Source: Vermamoeba vermiformis
Taxonomy: Eukaryota
DNA length: 64,000 nucleotides
Assembly: GCA_045837725.1 (NCBI GenBank)
Contig: JBEWZL010000244.1
Coordinates: 186,001 to 250,000, forward strand
Direction: 5' to 3'
The notes beneath the pieces are model-generated. The model had not been told where the DNA came from. It did no database searches and worked only from the letters and a program-made list of their open reading frames with translations. Below, in pieces: positions 1 to 12,525 of this stretch (position 1 is the first letter of the stretch; the number at the start of each line of letters is the position of its first letter). The position numbers and the translations under genes are program-made.

Positions 1-1429
1 TAGGCACCTATTTATTATTTGCATTGTGTTGCTTCCACGCGATATTCTACCACAGAAAAGATTTGACATTTTTGTTCTCCTTAATAGCTGGATCTGTCTA
101 TGGAGTGGCGCTAGAGTATTTAAGCATGATGCTATTCAATGCATATACCTATCCTCAATTTTTGGTGATGGTGGGACCCGTGCCCTTAATGGTAAATCGC
201 AAAAAACAACTTGGGATCGCAATTTAAATTCCTTGTTTTATCGTTATAATTTATTCATAATATCTGTTTCTTAATATGCTATAACCTACTACTATGATTA
301 ATTGATGTTTCTGTTTGGATCCAGATCGGAATAGATTGGTCGTTGATCATTTACACAGCAATGATTACGAGCGACAAGTTATCAAGAGGCGGAAAATTGG
401 TCCGAAGCTTTATAGATGCATTTTTAGTATTAAATATAGACTTTGGCATTGACGCCATTGCCATCCGATTAGGTAAATGATTTTATACTTTAATTTGCAA
501 CGATCAAATTAATTTATTGGTACTAATATATAATGTAAAGGATTTTGGACTTGGAATCCACCAGGAGTTTACTATGGAGTGCCACTGTCAAATTTTTTTG
601 CGTGGTACGTCGTTGGCTGGGGCTTCAGCTGGTGGCTCCGTTTGTTTAGAAGCAAAATACGCCGACATTGGCAATATTCAGACGAAGGATTATTCTGCAA
701 GCGTATTTTGGAGATTATAGTGCCCTTCGTAGTCGTTATTCTGTCGCTATTCGTATTGTTGATTTCTTTATTTATTTTTGGCCTATCAATGGGCCTCACC
801 GGCGTATTTGCTGGTATTACAGAAGGCTTTAATGTAGCTGATTCTAGCGTAGTTACTGCTCAGGTACGGTTATTATTTATTTAATTGGATCCGACAGTCA
901 TTCAATTTAACTGATTATTCTTCCTTCAGATTGTAATTATTTGTATATTTTTATTGCCTAGTGTATTTGTTATACTAGCCAATGTTATTACGCGACGATT
1001 TTACTACAAGCATCCGTTGACAATCGGAGCTGTCATCATCGGCATCGTTCCAGCTTGTTTCCATGGCTTCTTCTTCGTGATGATATTTTGGTTCGGCATT
1101 TATAAAGAAGCGCCTGTATTATTAGTGATATCTATAGTAATGGGAGCTATCGGTAAGACAAAACGAATTAGTTAGTCTAACGAATCCAGTACGCTAACTT
1201 ATGCTCAATTATAGGCGCATTACTACATATTTGGCCGTACTCTAAAGATATTTACTTGCGAATAAAGCGTTGCAAGCCATTTAAGGCACAAGTACGCAAG
1301 CCAGTAACGGTTGACGATCTCGAGACCGAAGACGATGAAACGAGCTTGAAAGGCGATATTAACGGAAGCGTATATGATCATCAGCCATTAATCAACGATA
1401 CCCACAATAAACCTTTTGGCGACTTGTAA
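1..1429 (+). CDS. Multi-pass membrane protein, carotenoid biosynthesis CruF/DUF422-like (5' partial, at least 5 exons)
   Basis: Exons ..191, 325-472, 541-863, 930-1152 and ~1215-1429 splice via GT-AG into ...LEYLSMMLFNAYTYPQFLVMVGPVPLMIGIDWSLIIY...DFGIDAIAIRLGFWTWNPPGVYYGVPLSNFFAW... The GPVPL, D..A...G.W.W and GVPLSNF.xW motifs recall DUF422. TAA at 1427-1429. Confidence 0.6.
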
Positions 1430-1602
1430 ACTCATAACGACCTGGATCGTCGAACTAATTTTCCATTAACTCTCGGATTTTACGTTGGATATTCGTTACT
1501 TCGGTAATTATAATAAGAAAAAACGAAAAATTGTATAAATAAGTCCTTTTTTCTTATTGTTGTTCGTGTCACACACGATCATACAACATCAGATCGGTAT
1601 TC

Positions 1603-4600
1603 ATGGACAAAACACACGACGCCAATGATATATTCAGTAACAACATGACGGAAATGACAGATCATGCGGAGTGGGAAGACTTGCTCCAATTAGGAAACGA
1701 GATTGATACGAGCGACGTTACATCCGCTGATAGCTCAGCAGATAACATTAGTTACGACAATAATTCGCCTTACAATGAGCAATATGAACCTCCTAAGAAG
1801 AAAAGAAAATTAAATGATCGCAAGAGTGAGAGTTCTCAATCAATTGGCTGGCGGATCTTGCCAATGCAATTTTCAAAAATTATTAATCAGCAGGGAATCA
1901 TTATGTAAGCATCTCGTACATTTATATCAATTTTATAATTTATTTTTAAATATTTAATGGCTGATCCAATCCCCGACAGCAACGAGCAATTTCAGTTGAA
2001 TATTCAGTGCCCTAATTTTACATTCTCTGATGACCTTAATGCGTGGCTGCACTTTAAGGGCAACAACTTTCAAGTCACAACGCACCTTGACGTACCAGAT
2101 CCGCAGTACCTCAACTCACCGCTGTTCATAGCTGCGTAAGTACTCTAACTTGTTAATAGGCTTATATTCTAACATATTTCAGAGACTATAATATACCTGT
2201 GGACTCGTTTGCGATAGAAATAAGTGCAATGTCTTCGTTCACGAACACGATCGATCACTCGCTTGTTTGTCAAATGGCACCTTCCAGAAAAGGAAAATCA
2301 GCCATCCCTCACTTGCCAATACAGCTAGGTAATAATATCAACATCATTTTCCGCGAAACTGACTGTCAAAGGTACCTCGGTCGTACATAGCAGACTGAAG
2401 TTTGAAATTGCTACAAAAAAGAAGGCGGGAACAGGACCGAGCGAATACTTTCACCTCGTAGTGTCTCTAGTGGCTGTTAATAAGGAGCTTAATATGGCTA
2501 CAACCGTGGTATCTTACGCTTCAGATCCGATGACGGTTGTCGGCACCACACCTGGTACACCATAATCGTCTTGATTATATCCCCCGATACTCACGCCTCC
2601 ATTATTTCCATTTTAGGAAGGTACGGCAAGACCAAGAAATCAGAGCCGATTGAAGACAAGTCAGTGGTGAGCACTGCCAATGACACGAATGCGCTTGCCT
2701 TACACAGCCCCGAGTCCAGTCTCTCGCCCTCAGACAACACGAGCAGCGAGGGCTGGAAGACGAGTCAGACAGCAGTGTACACGAACAACAACGTCGGCAT
2801 CAACACGAGTGAGCCCAATGAGGCCTTGACCGTGCAGGGCAATGTGTTCGTGACGGGCAACATTTATCAGCCCTCAGATCAGCGCCTCAAAACCAACTTC
2901 AAGCGCGTGTCAGACGAGGAAATGTTGCAGCACATTGAAGACATTCCGATCTACGATTATGAATGGAAAGAAGACAGCTTTCAACATCAGAAGCGACAAG
3001 CACGAGGAGGCAAGTATCGCAGCGCTGTGACTATTACTATTGACGTGTTACTAACAACGCACTGTTTAGTTATCGCGCAAGAGGTTCAAAAAGTCATTCC
3101 TGGTGCTGTCGTCAAAGTTGGACGCACCAAATTTGGCAATCAGATAGTCGAAGAGACACTCGCTGTCGATGAAAAGGTACCTAGTGTGGTTAATTACAAC
3201 AATCACCTAATGTCATATCCATAGACTTTGTTAATGGAGAACATGGGTGCTACACGGGCACTCGGCAAGAAAATGAGAGCGTTGTCGTTATGGCAGAAAA
3301 TCATCATTGCATTCATTGCTCTCGGTGCTCTCGGCGGCATTGCCTTTGGCGTGGCAATGTTCTGGCCCAAAGACGTGCCAAATTATCAATTCCCAATAGT
3401 ACGCTATGAACTATTATTTAGGCCTCAGAATTAATCGGTACCACTAGGACGTGATTGGTTATTGGAAGAACGAAGAGCGCAGTTCAGTGGCCACGACAAT
3501 ATTTTTCACGTGGAACACTGTCTCGATCAACACGCCGCAATTGACGTAAGTGCGATGCTATTTAAACAGATAACATATGTCTAATCAAGCTGCCAGGATG
3601 GTCGGTGCATTGATGACAGCACCGGTGAGGTCTGCAACACAATTCTCGTTCAAAATCAACATTACAGACAGCAGCGTGGAGAGTGAGGTTGGCAAGGTCT
3701 ACGAGTGCAGTGTTGAAGTGGCAATGTGTCCCTTAGAGTTCTTGAACATGACACTCAGTGACCCGAAGACTAGTATGTGGTAGCTCTTGCTGTTTAGTAA
3801 TCAGTAACTAACTAATTGACTGCAGAAGACGAGCAACACAAGTATCAATTCCTCTACAAACGAATCGTCAGAGACACGTTGTCTGACTTGCCGCTGCTGC
3901 AAGTGATCAATTACAAAGTGTTGTGCGGCCCTTCTGAGGCGTACATTCACCTGTCAAAGTTCTCTGAAAAGACGTAAGTAGTTATCAGTGAGTGTGACTG
4001 GTCTAATCGATGATTGCAGCAATGAGCCGGAACTCGTGCTGTCATTCAGTGACAACAATATTGTCTTGAAAGGTCACGACACGCACAACAGCACTACACT
4101 CAAGCTATTTCTGATCACGTAAGTTCTCGATGTGACACGCGTCAAATGCCGCTATTGACTCTCTGTTGCTAGTGAGGTCTATGACAACCCAGAGATTGAT
4201 TACGTCGATGCATCGCGGTCAGTGGGTCAAATCAGCAACTTCACCTCATCCACGGCGATACAAAACGTGACAGACTATTCCATACTCGTGTCCACTGAGC
4301 GCATTCGAGCACTGATCGGTGTTCGAGTCAACAACTTCAGTGTCACTGAACAGTGGACTCGTCTCTCATTCGCAGTGCTGTCGTACTCCGTGCTGAATGA
4401 GCAACAGGCAGCCAACTTCTCGTGGACCAAGAACAACACGGCACTCATTGCACCCAGCACCAACAGCACTTTGGGCGAATGGCCAGCACTGAATGTCATT
4501 CAAAGAGCTGTCTTAGACACGCCGTACAAGTGTCAAGGCTTCGACTATGACATGTCAGGGCTGTACCTGTCCAATTACACTGCTGCGCTGAGCACACCTG

Positions 4601-5003
4601 ATCTATTGTATGACGGCAGTTGCTATCATCCGCTGTTCACTTCAGTCGTGGAATACGATGACTTTGGATTCATTAGGTACGCAATTAACCCTCTGCATTT
4701 AATGTTCTGACACGCTGCGAATGTAGTGACATCGGCAACGTTCCCTTGAGTGATGTCTCGGTCCAAACTGCGCTGTCCAATCCATTGCCCTTCAAGTCAG
4801 TGCTCGATGTAGCCGCCAACAGCACTTACATCGCGTTTGAAACGAAGCAGCATGTGAGAGCACTGTTCGCATTCAAAGTGGTCTCCCAGGCAAATTATCA
4901 GCTCACCATTGATTGGGTGCCGCTGTTCTTCGCCAAAGAGCAAATCACTTCCTTCGCGCCTGGCTTCAGTTGGAGTGCCAAAAATAAGCTCACCGCTATG
5001 TAA
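1603..5003 (+). CDS. MYRF/MrfA-like membrane-tethered transcription factor (NDT80-like DNA-binding domain, peptidase S74 autocleavage domain, TM helix, large luminal domain)
   Basis: PKKKRK NLS; NDT80-like segment (FTFSDDLNAWLHFKGNNFQVT ... RLKFEIAT ... YFHLVVSL); VGINTSEPNEALTVQGNV...YQPSDQRLKTN ... GVIAQEV ... LMENMGATRAL matches the MYRF ICA domain; TM IIIAFIALGALGGIAFGVAMFW; many short introns. Confidence 0.85.
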
Positions 5004-5270
5004 AATAACGCATCACATGTAAATAGGCCCTTGAATCGTAAAACTGTTGTTTATTTCGCTAATTTCTTAATTTACAAAACTGAAAAGACGAACACTCGCT
5101 TGAGGTCCGTCAATTGGTTGTTAACGTCTTTGTGTTTTAAGGGGTGTATGGTGTGTTGATTTGCGGCGTGTTGTTGGTTATTGGGGTCGAAATATTGGTT
5201 ATATAAAACAGAATATTGTTATCAAAGTCGAAGAGGCATTGTTCAGGCCACAACTACGACATCAATTTCA

Positions 5271-7913
5271 TTACTGCGTGCAGACCATAGAGTAGTTCGG
5301 CCTGTCGTCGTGCTTCAGTGGCCAGCAGTGCAATGTGACATTTTTCCTGTGAAGAGAGTTAGCACGCGTCAAAGGTCTCGTGACCGGTGAAGTACGTACA
5401 CTGGGCTTGAGATTGTAGCCGAGATTTACGACGTCGTGACGAGTGATTGTGTGAGGCACGCAGACCATCTTCTTTATGTACAGCTTGAGTTGTTTGTTCA
5501 TGAACATGTTCACGAGACTGTAGTCGTAGTCGTCGTGCAGCAGACCTTGAATACGATGCACGTAGTACCACACTGAGCGACGGAACGGTGACGTGTCCAG
5601 CCCTCCTTCTTCGTTGAAACTAAAATGACACGTGTCAACCGCTGTAATTGGAATAGAATAAGCGCTCAAGATACCTGTTATCAGTCATGTTGAAGATGTG
5701 TTCGAACTCTTCCTCCAACAAATTAGCGGCTTCAGAGTAGTACGTCTTCATCAGTTCATAGCCCTGTTCTCGCCACGAATAGTCTTCCACGTGAAACACG
5801 TCGTAGCCCTTCGCTTTGACATCAAAATCCACGTGTGCCATGACGTGACTGCCGATGTACTTCTGACAAATGTCTGACGCGTTCTTCTCGTTCTGACCAC
5901 TCGTGCCTCGCGTGGCATCCTCGCTCAAATTCGCGTCTTGTCCGGCCTGTTCGAACAAGTGTTTGCGTTCTTCAGCGGGCAGTTCACGCTCTTCTTCGTG
6001 TTTCTGCTTCAGCTTTTCAATCACTTGTGCGTTGTTCGAGTCCTCTTCAGCCTCCGCGCTGTCATCGCCACTCGTCTCCTGGGCTGTCAGACCTTCGTAA
6101 TCGACTTCAGGTGTGATGCCCATGCCCCACACGACACCAGCCAAGGCGCGGAAGCTGGCCATCAACACGAGCGCGTGCACGAGTTCAGCCACGGACCACG
6201 CGTCCTCGCCTTTAATCAGCGCTGCAATGTGTTCTTTGTTGAGCTGCCACGGCTGATGCGCGAGAATGGCATTGATCTCCAACAAGTTCTGCATCTTTTT
6301 GGGAATTTTGTGCACGCCTTCGAGCCAATCAGGATCACCGTCGTTGAGCAGGAACTCAATCTCTTGTTGCCGCACTAAATACGCGCATTCAAAGCGACTT
6401 GCGGACTGCATGGCACGTGTCAGAATTCATTCACAAATTAATTATTAATAAATAATATTGTATATATCATGTGATATCTATTATTGGCCTTATAATCGAA
6501 TCAATCAATTGAACATCAACGTACCAATATGGCAATGTAATTTCTCAAGTGCAAGGGCAGTGGACCAGGTTCTTTCATCATCAAGTCGTACATTTCCATG
6601 AATTTAGTGAAGTAGCTCGGGTGCCAGGCCAGCACGCGGTCAATGTGACTGACACGGCCCGTCTCCAAAAAGATTTCTTTGAATATTGTGGCCACGGGCT
6701 CTTGTTTGGTATCGATGGGCACGACTGATTTGGGGAAGAATATTGATGGTCCTGGGCTCGGAGTGGGGCACTGAATGCCGCGCAACTTGAGCTCCTAAAA
6801 AGGAAATTAAGCCAGGTTAGAAACAAACAATTTTTCTTTAGTTAGCCAATATGCAAATAGCTCTAATTACTGTCTTGCGATCATCTATTAGCCCTTTGAT
6901 ATTATTTAAAAATATTTCAATTTTTTTTGCAATTATCGGGCAGATCCGTCAAAGTGAGAGAGCGAACACAAGCAAATTCTGTTAAATTTCTAAAGGCAGC
7001 ACATATCTTTGGCCAGTACACATAGCGATCGTTGGGGGTTATATTGGAGCTTATAGTAATGTGCTAGGCCTATTTAATGAGTAATTGCTTACCGATTTAA
7101 TTGACGCGAGATACTCGCCGAAAGCAGTCCTAATATCGGCAAAAGGAGCCTCACTGGACATCAGAACTAATGTCGGGAGTTGAGCCTAGTCATGTCTATT
7201 AGTATCGGGCCATTGGAGTGATTAATTGATTAAAACACAGCGGAAATATCGCATCCGCTTTAGATTTGCCATCTGGGTTTTAAATTGCAAATTGACGAAC
7301 AAAATTGAATCGATTCAATTGTAGTGTTATATTGGCAAAATAAATTAAATTATCGATGCAAGTCTAGCTTCAGAGTAGCGAGCTGAAAACTTTTTTCCAA
7401 TCTTACCTTGATAAGTCCGCAATCGCTTTCGAGAGATGCATTCAATGCTTGTATAATCGCGCCTAATACTCTTCTGCGTACAAATACTTCGGGTGACAAT
7501 AAAGATCTGAAAAATAATATGCTGTGATCATCTGCATCCACCTGTACAAACGCGCCGTCTGCTGAAACACGCATATCCTCTTCATCTGTATTTTTAAAGA
7601 ATATAAGTATGACTTGCACGATACTAGGTCACGATCCAAGACAGCTGGCCAATTTAAAATAAATAAGATCTGGATTTCGTGATTCAGTTTTAAGCAAGAA
7701 ACCAAAACGCATACCATCCGGCTCTATTGCGAAATGATAGTCAGACAATCCACTTTGCGACTTCTCACTTCGATTTGTGTTTGCGGTATGGTCGGCGCTA
7801 TCGTCATCAGGCTGTGAACCAAATGCGTTGCCCCAGCGCGGAGAGTTCGACTCGCCTCCCCCACCAGGCTCTATTTTATCCCTCGAACTCTTGAGCATGT
7901 TAAGATTCAGCAT
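5271..7913 (-). CDS. SESN: Sestrin (PA26 family)
   Basis: GPLPLHLRNYIAIL/SASRFECAYLV, LAHQPWQLNKEHI..WSVAELVHALVL, DYSWREQGY, FRRSVWYYVHRIQGLLHDDYDY, LKLYIKKMVCVP; about 6 exons. Confidence 0.92.
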
Positions 7914-8037
7914 GTTGAATGAGCTGCGTGCGCGGCGGAAAGCACAAAAAGTTCACTCGGCCCTGGGAGAACATCCAATTTGAATTTCAGCGCAGATTGC
8001 GTTATTTATTCCCTCCATCAATCGGCAATACTACACC

Positions 8038-11000
8038 ATGAGTCAATTTATCTATCCTGAAACTCGTCGTGACGAAACTGTCTTCGACACGTACGGCACT
8101 GAGAAAGTTGCTGATCCTTATCAATGGCTTGAAGATCCGGACTCTGAAGAGACTACAGTACGTCTAAATAAGATAATTTTAAATATTATGGATCCTCATT
8201 GATATTAGGCTTGGGTTGCTAGTCAAAACAGAGTAACTGACGCTTTCTTGAACTCCATCCCTATCAGAAGCAAAATTAAAGATAGGTAATTATCGTGCTT
8301 ATTGTGTCATTGTGGTATTAAAATTCCACGTAACGACCTGATATTCATTTGTAAAATAATTATTAGTCTTCAATTTGAGAGAAAACCGCAAAGTTTTTCG
8401 CTTTAGCGTTCAGTTTGTGGCAGATAATTAATGATAATTATAGAATGACCGAATTGTACAATTATCCTAAATATGGATGCCCATTCAAGCGCGGTGACAA
8501 GTAAGTCAACTATCAGATCTGGCTGTACTTTTTCATGCGACGATTCTTACCTTAATTTCCAGGTATTATTTCTTTAAAAATGATGGCCTTCAAAACCAAG
8601 ATGTCTTGTACCGTCAAAACACCCTCACTGCTGAACCTGAAGTACGTTAACACAATCTGCAACTACTAATACATCACCGAGCTCTTTTGTTAAAACATCG
8701 ATAATACACTTATACTAACGTTCTATTTGTAGATGTTTTTCGATCCCAACAAGTTGTCTGATGACGGCACCGTGTCATTGAGTCGCCTGTCATTCTCGGA
8801 GTGAGTACAGTGTTAATCTTTGCAACTATTTCTAGCGTTATTAACGCCAAGACCTATTATAGGAGCGGAGATTACTTTGCGTACATGATTTCCAAGTCTG
8901 GATCTGATTGGAACACCATCAAAGTCAAACCCACGCGTGATGGCACCGAATTCAATGTAATTGCCAAAAATGGTTATTCTGACTGACGGTATTAATCACA
9001 TGACTCTATTAGGCTGACCAATTGGGTGAGAGTCTCGAATGGGTCAAGTTCTCGGGCCTGTCTTGGACGCACGACAACAAGGGATTTTTCTACTCTCGTT
9101 ATCCGCAACCCGCTAGTCTCAAGGGTGGTACGGTGACTTGTTTGACAGCTGTCAATGACACGTGTCTAACGCAATCTTACATTAGAATCGGATGAGGCTA
9201 AGAAGGGCTCAGAGGTCGATGCATCAGTCGACCACGCAGTGTACTATCACTTCATTGGCACCAAGCAAGAAGAGGACAAATTGATCTTCAACTCCCCTGA
9301 AAATCCCGTGAGTATCAGCTAGACAGTATTGGAACACGTGCTGACAGATATTTCCTTATTTAGAAATGGCTTATTGGTGCTGACGTGAGCGAGGACGGTC
9401 AATATGTGATTATTGAAATTTCACAAGATTGTGACCCCGTCAATTTGTTCTATTACTGCGAGCTCTCCAAGCTTGATTTGAAGAATTTGACTGGCCCCAT
9501 TCCTGTCGTCAAGCTGATCGATGAATTCAAGGCCAAGTTCTCTTACGTGACTAACGAGGTCAGTCGAGTGCAGTCAGGCACTTCACAGTGACTAACACAT
9601 GCTTGCAGGGCACTTTGTTCTATTTGAAATCCAATTTGAATGCCCCCAAGGACAAGTTGATTGCCATTGATCTCGCACACCCCGAAGAGTCTGCGTGGAA
9701 AGAGATCATTCCTGAGCGCGAGAACGAAGTCTTGTCACTCGTTGGCTGCGTCAATCACGACAAGTTGCTCGTCATTCACATGAAGGACATTTGCGTAAGT
9801 GACGCTAGAGTTGCATCTATAACGCAGTAGGTAACACGCTCTGATAGGACTATATGGGCCTCTACGACTTGAACGGCAAGTTGTTGGAGAACATTCCCAT
9901 GCCAACACTCGGCACCATCGTGGACTTGCAAGGCCGCAAGAACCAGACTGAATTCTTTTACAAGTTCAGTTCGTTCCTCAGTCCTGCTTCGTTCTTCCAC
10001 TACGACTTCAACAAGCCGCAAGACCAACGCAACAAGCTCTTCAGAGAAGTTAATGTCAAGGACTTTGATGCCAGCGAGTACGAGACTCAACAAGTGTTCT
10101 ACAACAGCAAGGACGGCACGCGCATTCCAATGTTCTTGGTGCACAAGAAAGGTCTCGTCAAGGACGGCAACAACCCCGTGCTGCTCTATGGGTAAGAAGC
10201 ATTTAAGCACGCTCATATTGATGCACAATCTAATACAATGTATAGGTATGGAGGCTTCAGCATTTCCATTCAACCCTACTTCAGTGCACTCAGAGTCGTG
10301 TTGTTGAAGCACTTGCACGGTATCTTCGCCGTGGCCAACATCCGTGGTGGAGCTGAGTACGGTGAAGAGTGGCACAAAGCAGGCACGAAGGACAAGAAAC
10401 AGAACTGCTTCGATGACTTCTGTGCTGGTAAGTTGTGATACCTCTCATCGATGACCAAGCACTAACGCTTGTTTAGCTGCTGAATATTTGATTGACAACA
10501 AATACTCTCGCCCCGAAAAGATTGCTATCAACGGTGGCTCAAACGGTGGTTTGCTCGTTGCGTACGTACCAGCCTTGCTTCGTGTTATGAATTGATGTAA
10601 CCTCTCAAATGTAGTGCCTGTGCCAATCAACGCCCCGAACTGTTCGGCGTTGCTGTCCCTCAAGTCGGTGTGTTGGACATGCTCAAGTTCCACAAGTTTA
10701 CTATTGGTTACGCTTGGACCTCTGACTATGGTTGTGCTGACAACGCTGAGGACTTTAAATACTTGATTAAGTACGTTCTGAGGAATCCTAATCTGTTGCG
10801 GCAATGATATTAACTCAAATGTTAGGTACTCGCCCCTGCACAATGTTCCCAAGAAGAAATACCCCGCGCTCTTGGTGACGACTGCTGATCACGACGACAG
10901 AGTAAGTGTCATGCATGACAAGACTTCGTCTCTTTTCAGCATTCTAATGTATAATGCACAGGTGTCTCCTCTGCACAGCTTCAAATACATCTCGGAAGTG

Positions 11001-11168
11001 CAACATCAACTCGGCAAAGAGTCATTCCAAACTGCACCGCTGTTGATTCGCATTGAGACCAAGGCTGGTCACGGAGCTGGCAAACCAACCACCAAGATCA
11101 TTCAAGAGTACGCTGATATGTACTCCTTCATCTTTGAGAACTTGAAGCTGCAGTGGTTCGATAACTGA
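8038..11168 (+). CDS. PREP: Prolyl oligopeptidase (S9A)
   Basis: [24 protein letters not shown] start; [22 protein letters not shown], catalytic [22 protein letters not shown]; multiple GT-AG introns. Confidence 0.96.
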
Positions 11169-11301
11169 GCTGTAACGTGATTGGTCCGCAGTAAATCATT
11201 ACTCGTGCTAACTACTTGTGTTTTTATCAACAATTCGACTTGGTGTTTAACCCGCGCCGTTAATTCGATTACAATAATAATAATAATACGGTGATATTAG
11301 T

Positions 11302-12296
11302 CTATGAAGAGCCAGTCTGGTTTTGCTTCTTTCTCCTCTTAACGTCCCAATTGTAGACACGCGCAATATCTGAATGAAAAGTCAAGGAAACAACAATATG
11401 CGCAGTGTTAAGTAAGTGATGGGTAGTACTATGTTAATATGTAAAGGATACTGACTTCAAGAGTGGTGATTTGATCTTTCAAAAAGTTAATTTCTTTGTC
11501 CAATCGCTCCATGGTGCTCGTGGCATTCAGACGATTGTTTTCTAACAGACCAATGGCCTCTTCAAAGGGGTATTCAACCATCACATTGGCCTATAGTGAT
11601 TGATCAATATGAGCACTACAAATATACTGTGGCTATACATACACCGAGCCACAAGCAGACGGAATTGGTCTTCTTGATCTGAGCGGGCAAGTGGATGCCG
11701 TAAGTCAACTCGAATGTCGTGTTAACTGCTTCATCTGAGTCCTATTAACATAATACACATGTCATTAATATGCTGAAGTCCTCGTGCTTAGTAATTACTT
11801 GTTTTGATTGCAAAAACTTGACTGTTTCCAGTGTTCGCTCGATCTCTGGAATCTTTGCTTTCATATTGGCTCTTTGTTGATTAATACGACCCTCTAAACT
11901 CTTGAACTTGCTATAGTACAATTATTAATGCGTGTAATCTGTAGACAGTAAGACTAATCGATGTAAATTAATTATTGGCTCGAGAAGGCATTAAAAATTA
12001 TTGTTAGTACCAATATATTATCTACAATACATAATTTTAATTTTAAAATTACCTGTAAGTATCTTGGAAGTGTTGCAAAACAACATCTGCGGATTCGCCT
12101 CGTTTTTGCATAAATTCATCGACATTTTCCTAACAATATCGTATTGAATAATTATTTTTGCATTATATTTATAAAAAATCAATTGTATTTTCGCTGGATC
12201 TGATCAAACAAGAAGGCTAGCTCGATAAACAAAGAGACCTACGATGAATGGCATCTGGAGAGAAGTCGGTGCTACGTCAGTATTATCAGCACTCAT
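11302..12296 (-). CDS. PFDN3: Prefoldin subunit 3 (VBP1)
   Basis: Spliced minus-strand exons give KAKIPEIERTLETVKFL, VCLWLG/ANVMVEYPFEEAIGLL, FLKDQITTLE and IARVYNWDVKRRK; TAG at 11304-11302. Confidence 0.92.
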
Positions 12297-12525
12297 GTTT
12301 GATATTTGTTCTGTGCTTGTGCTGCCGATCAGAATAAATAAGACAAGGATAATACACGAGTCAGAGACAACCAGTTGCAGTGCACAGTACAGCTAATTAT
12401 GGCCAAGCTTACCAGAAGTTAACATCCACTGTCGTGCACTATCGCCATGAACATCACTTTCGAGGGCAGTTCAAGCTGAAAATCAATTTGGCCTTCGCGC
12501 CATATTTACATTTATACTGCACACG

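Noticed and set aside
2780-3260. Phage tail-fibre/prophage interpretation of the S74 domain
   Set aside because: It is embedded in a spliced MYRF-type host gene and has no phage neighbours.
8038-11168. Apparent frameshifts, stops or recoding in fragmented ORFs
   Set aside because: The breaks examined resolve with short canonical introns; there is no need for pseudogene, selenocysteine or alternative-code explanations.
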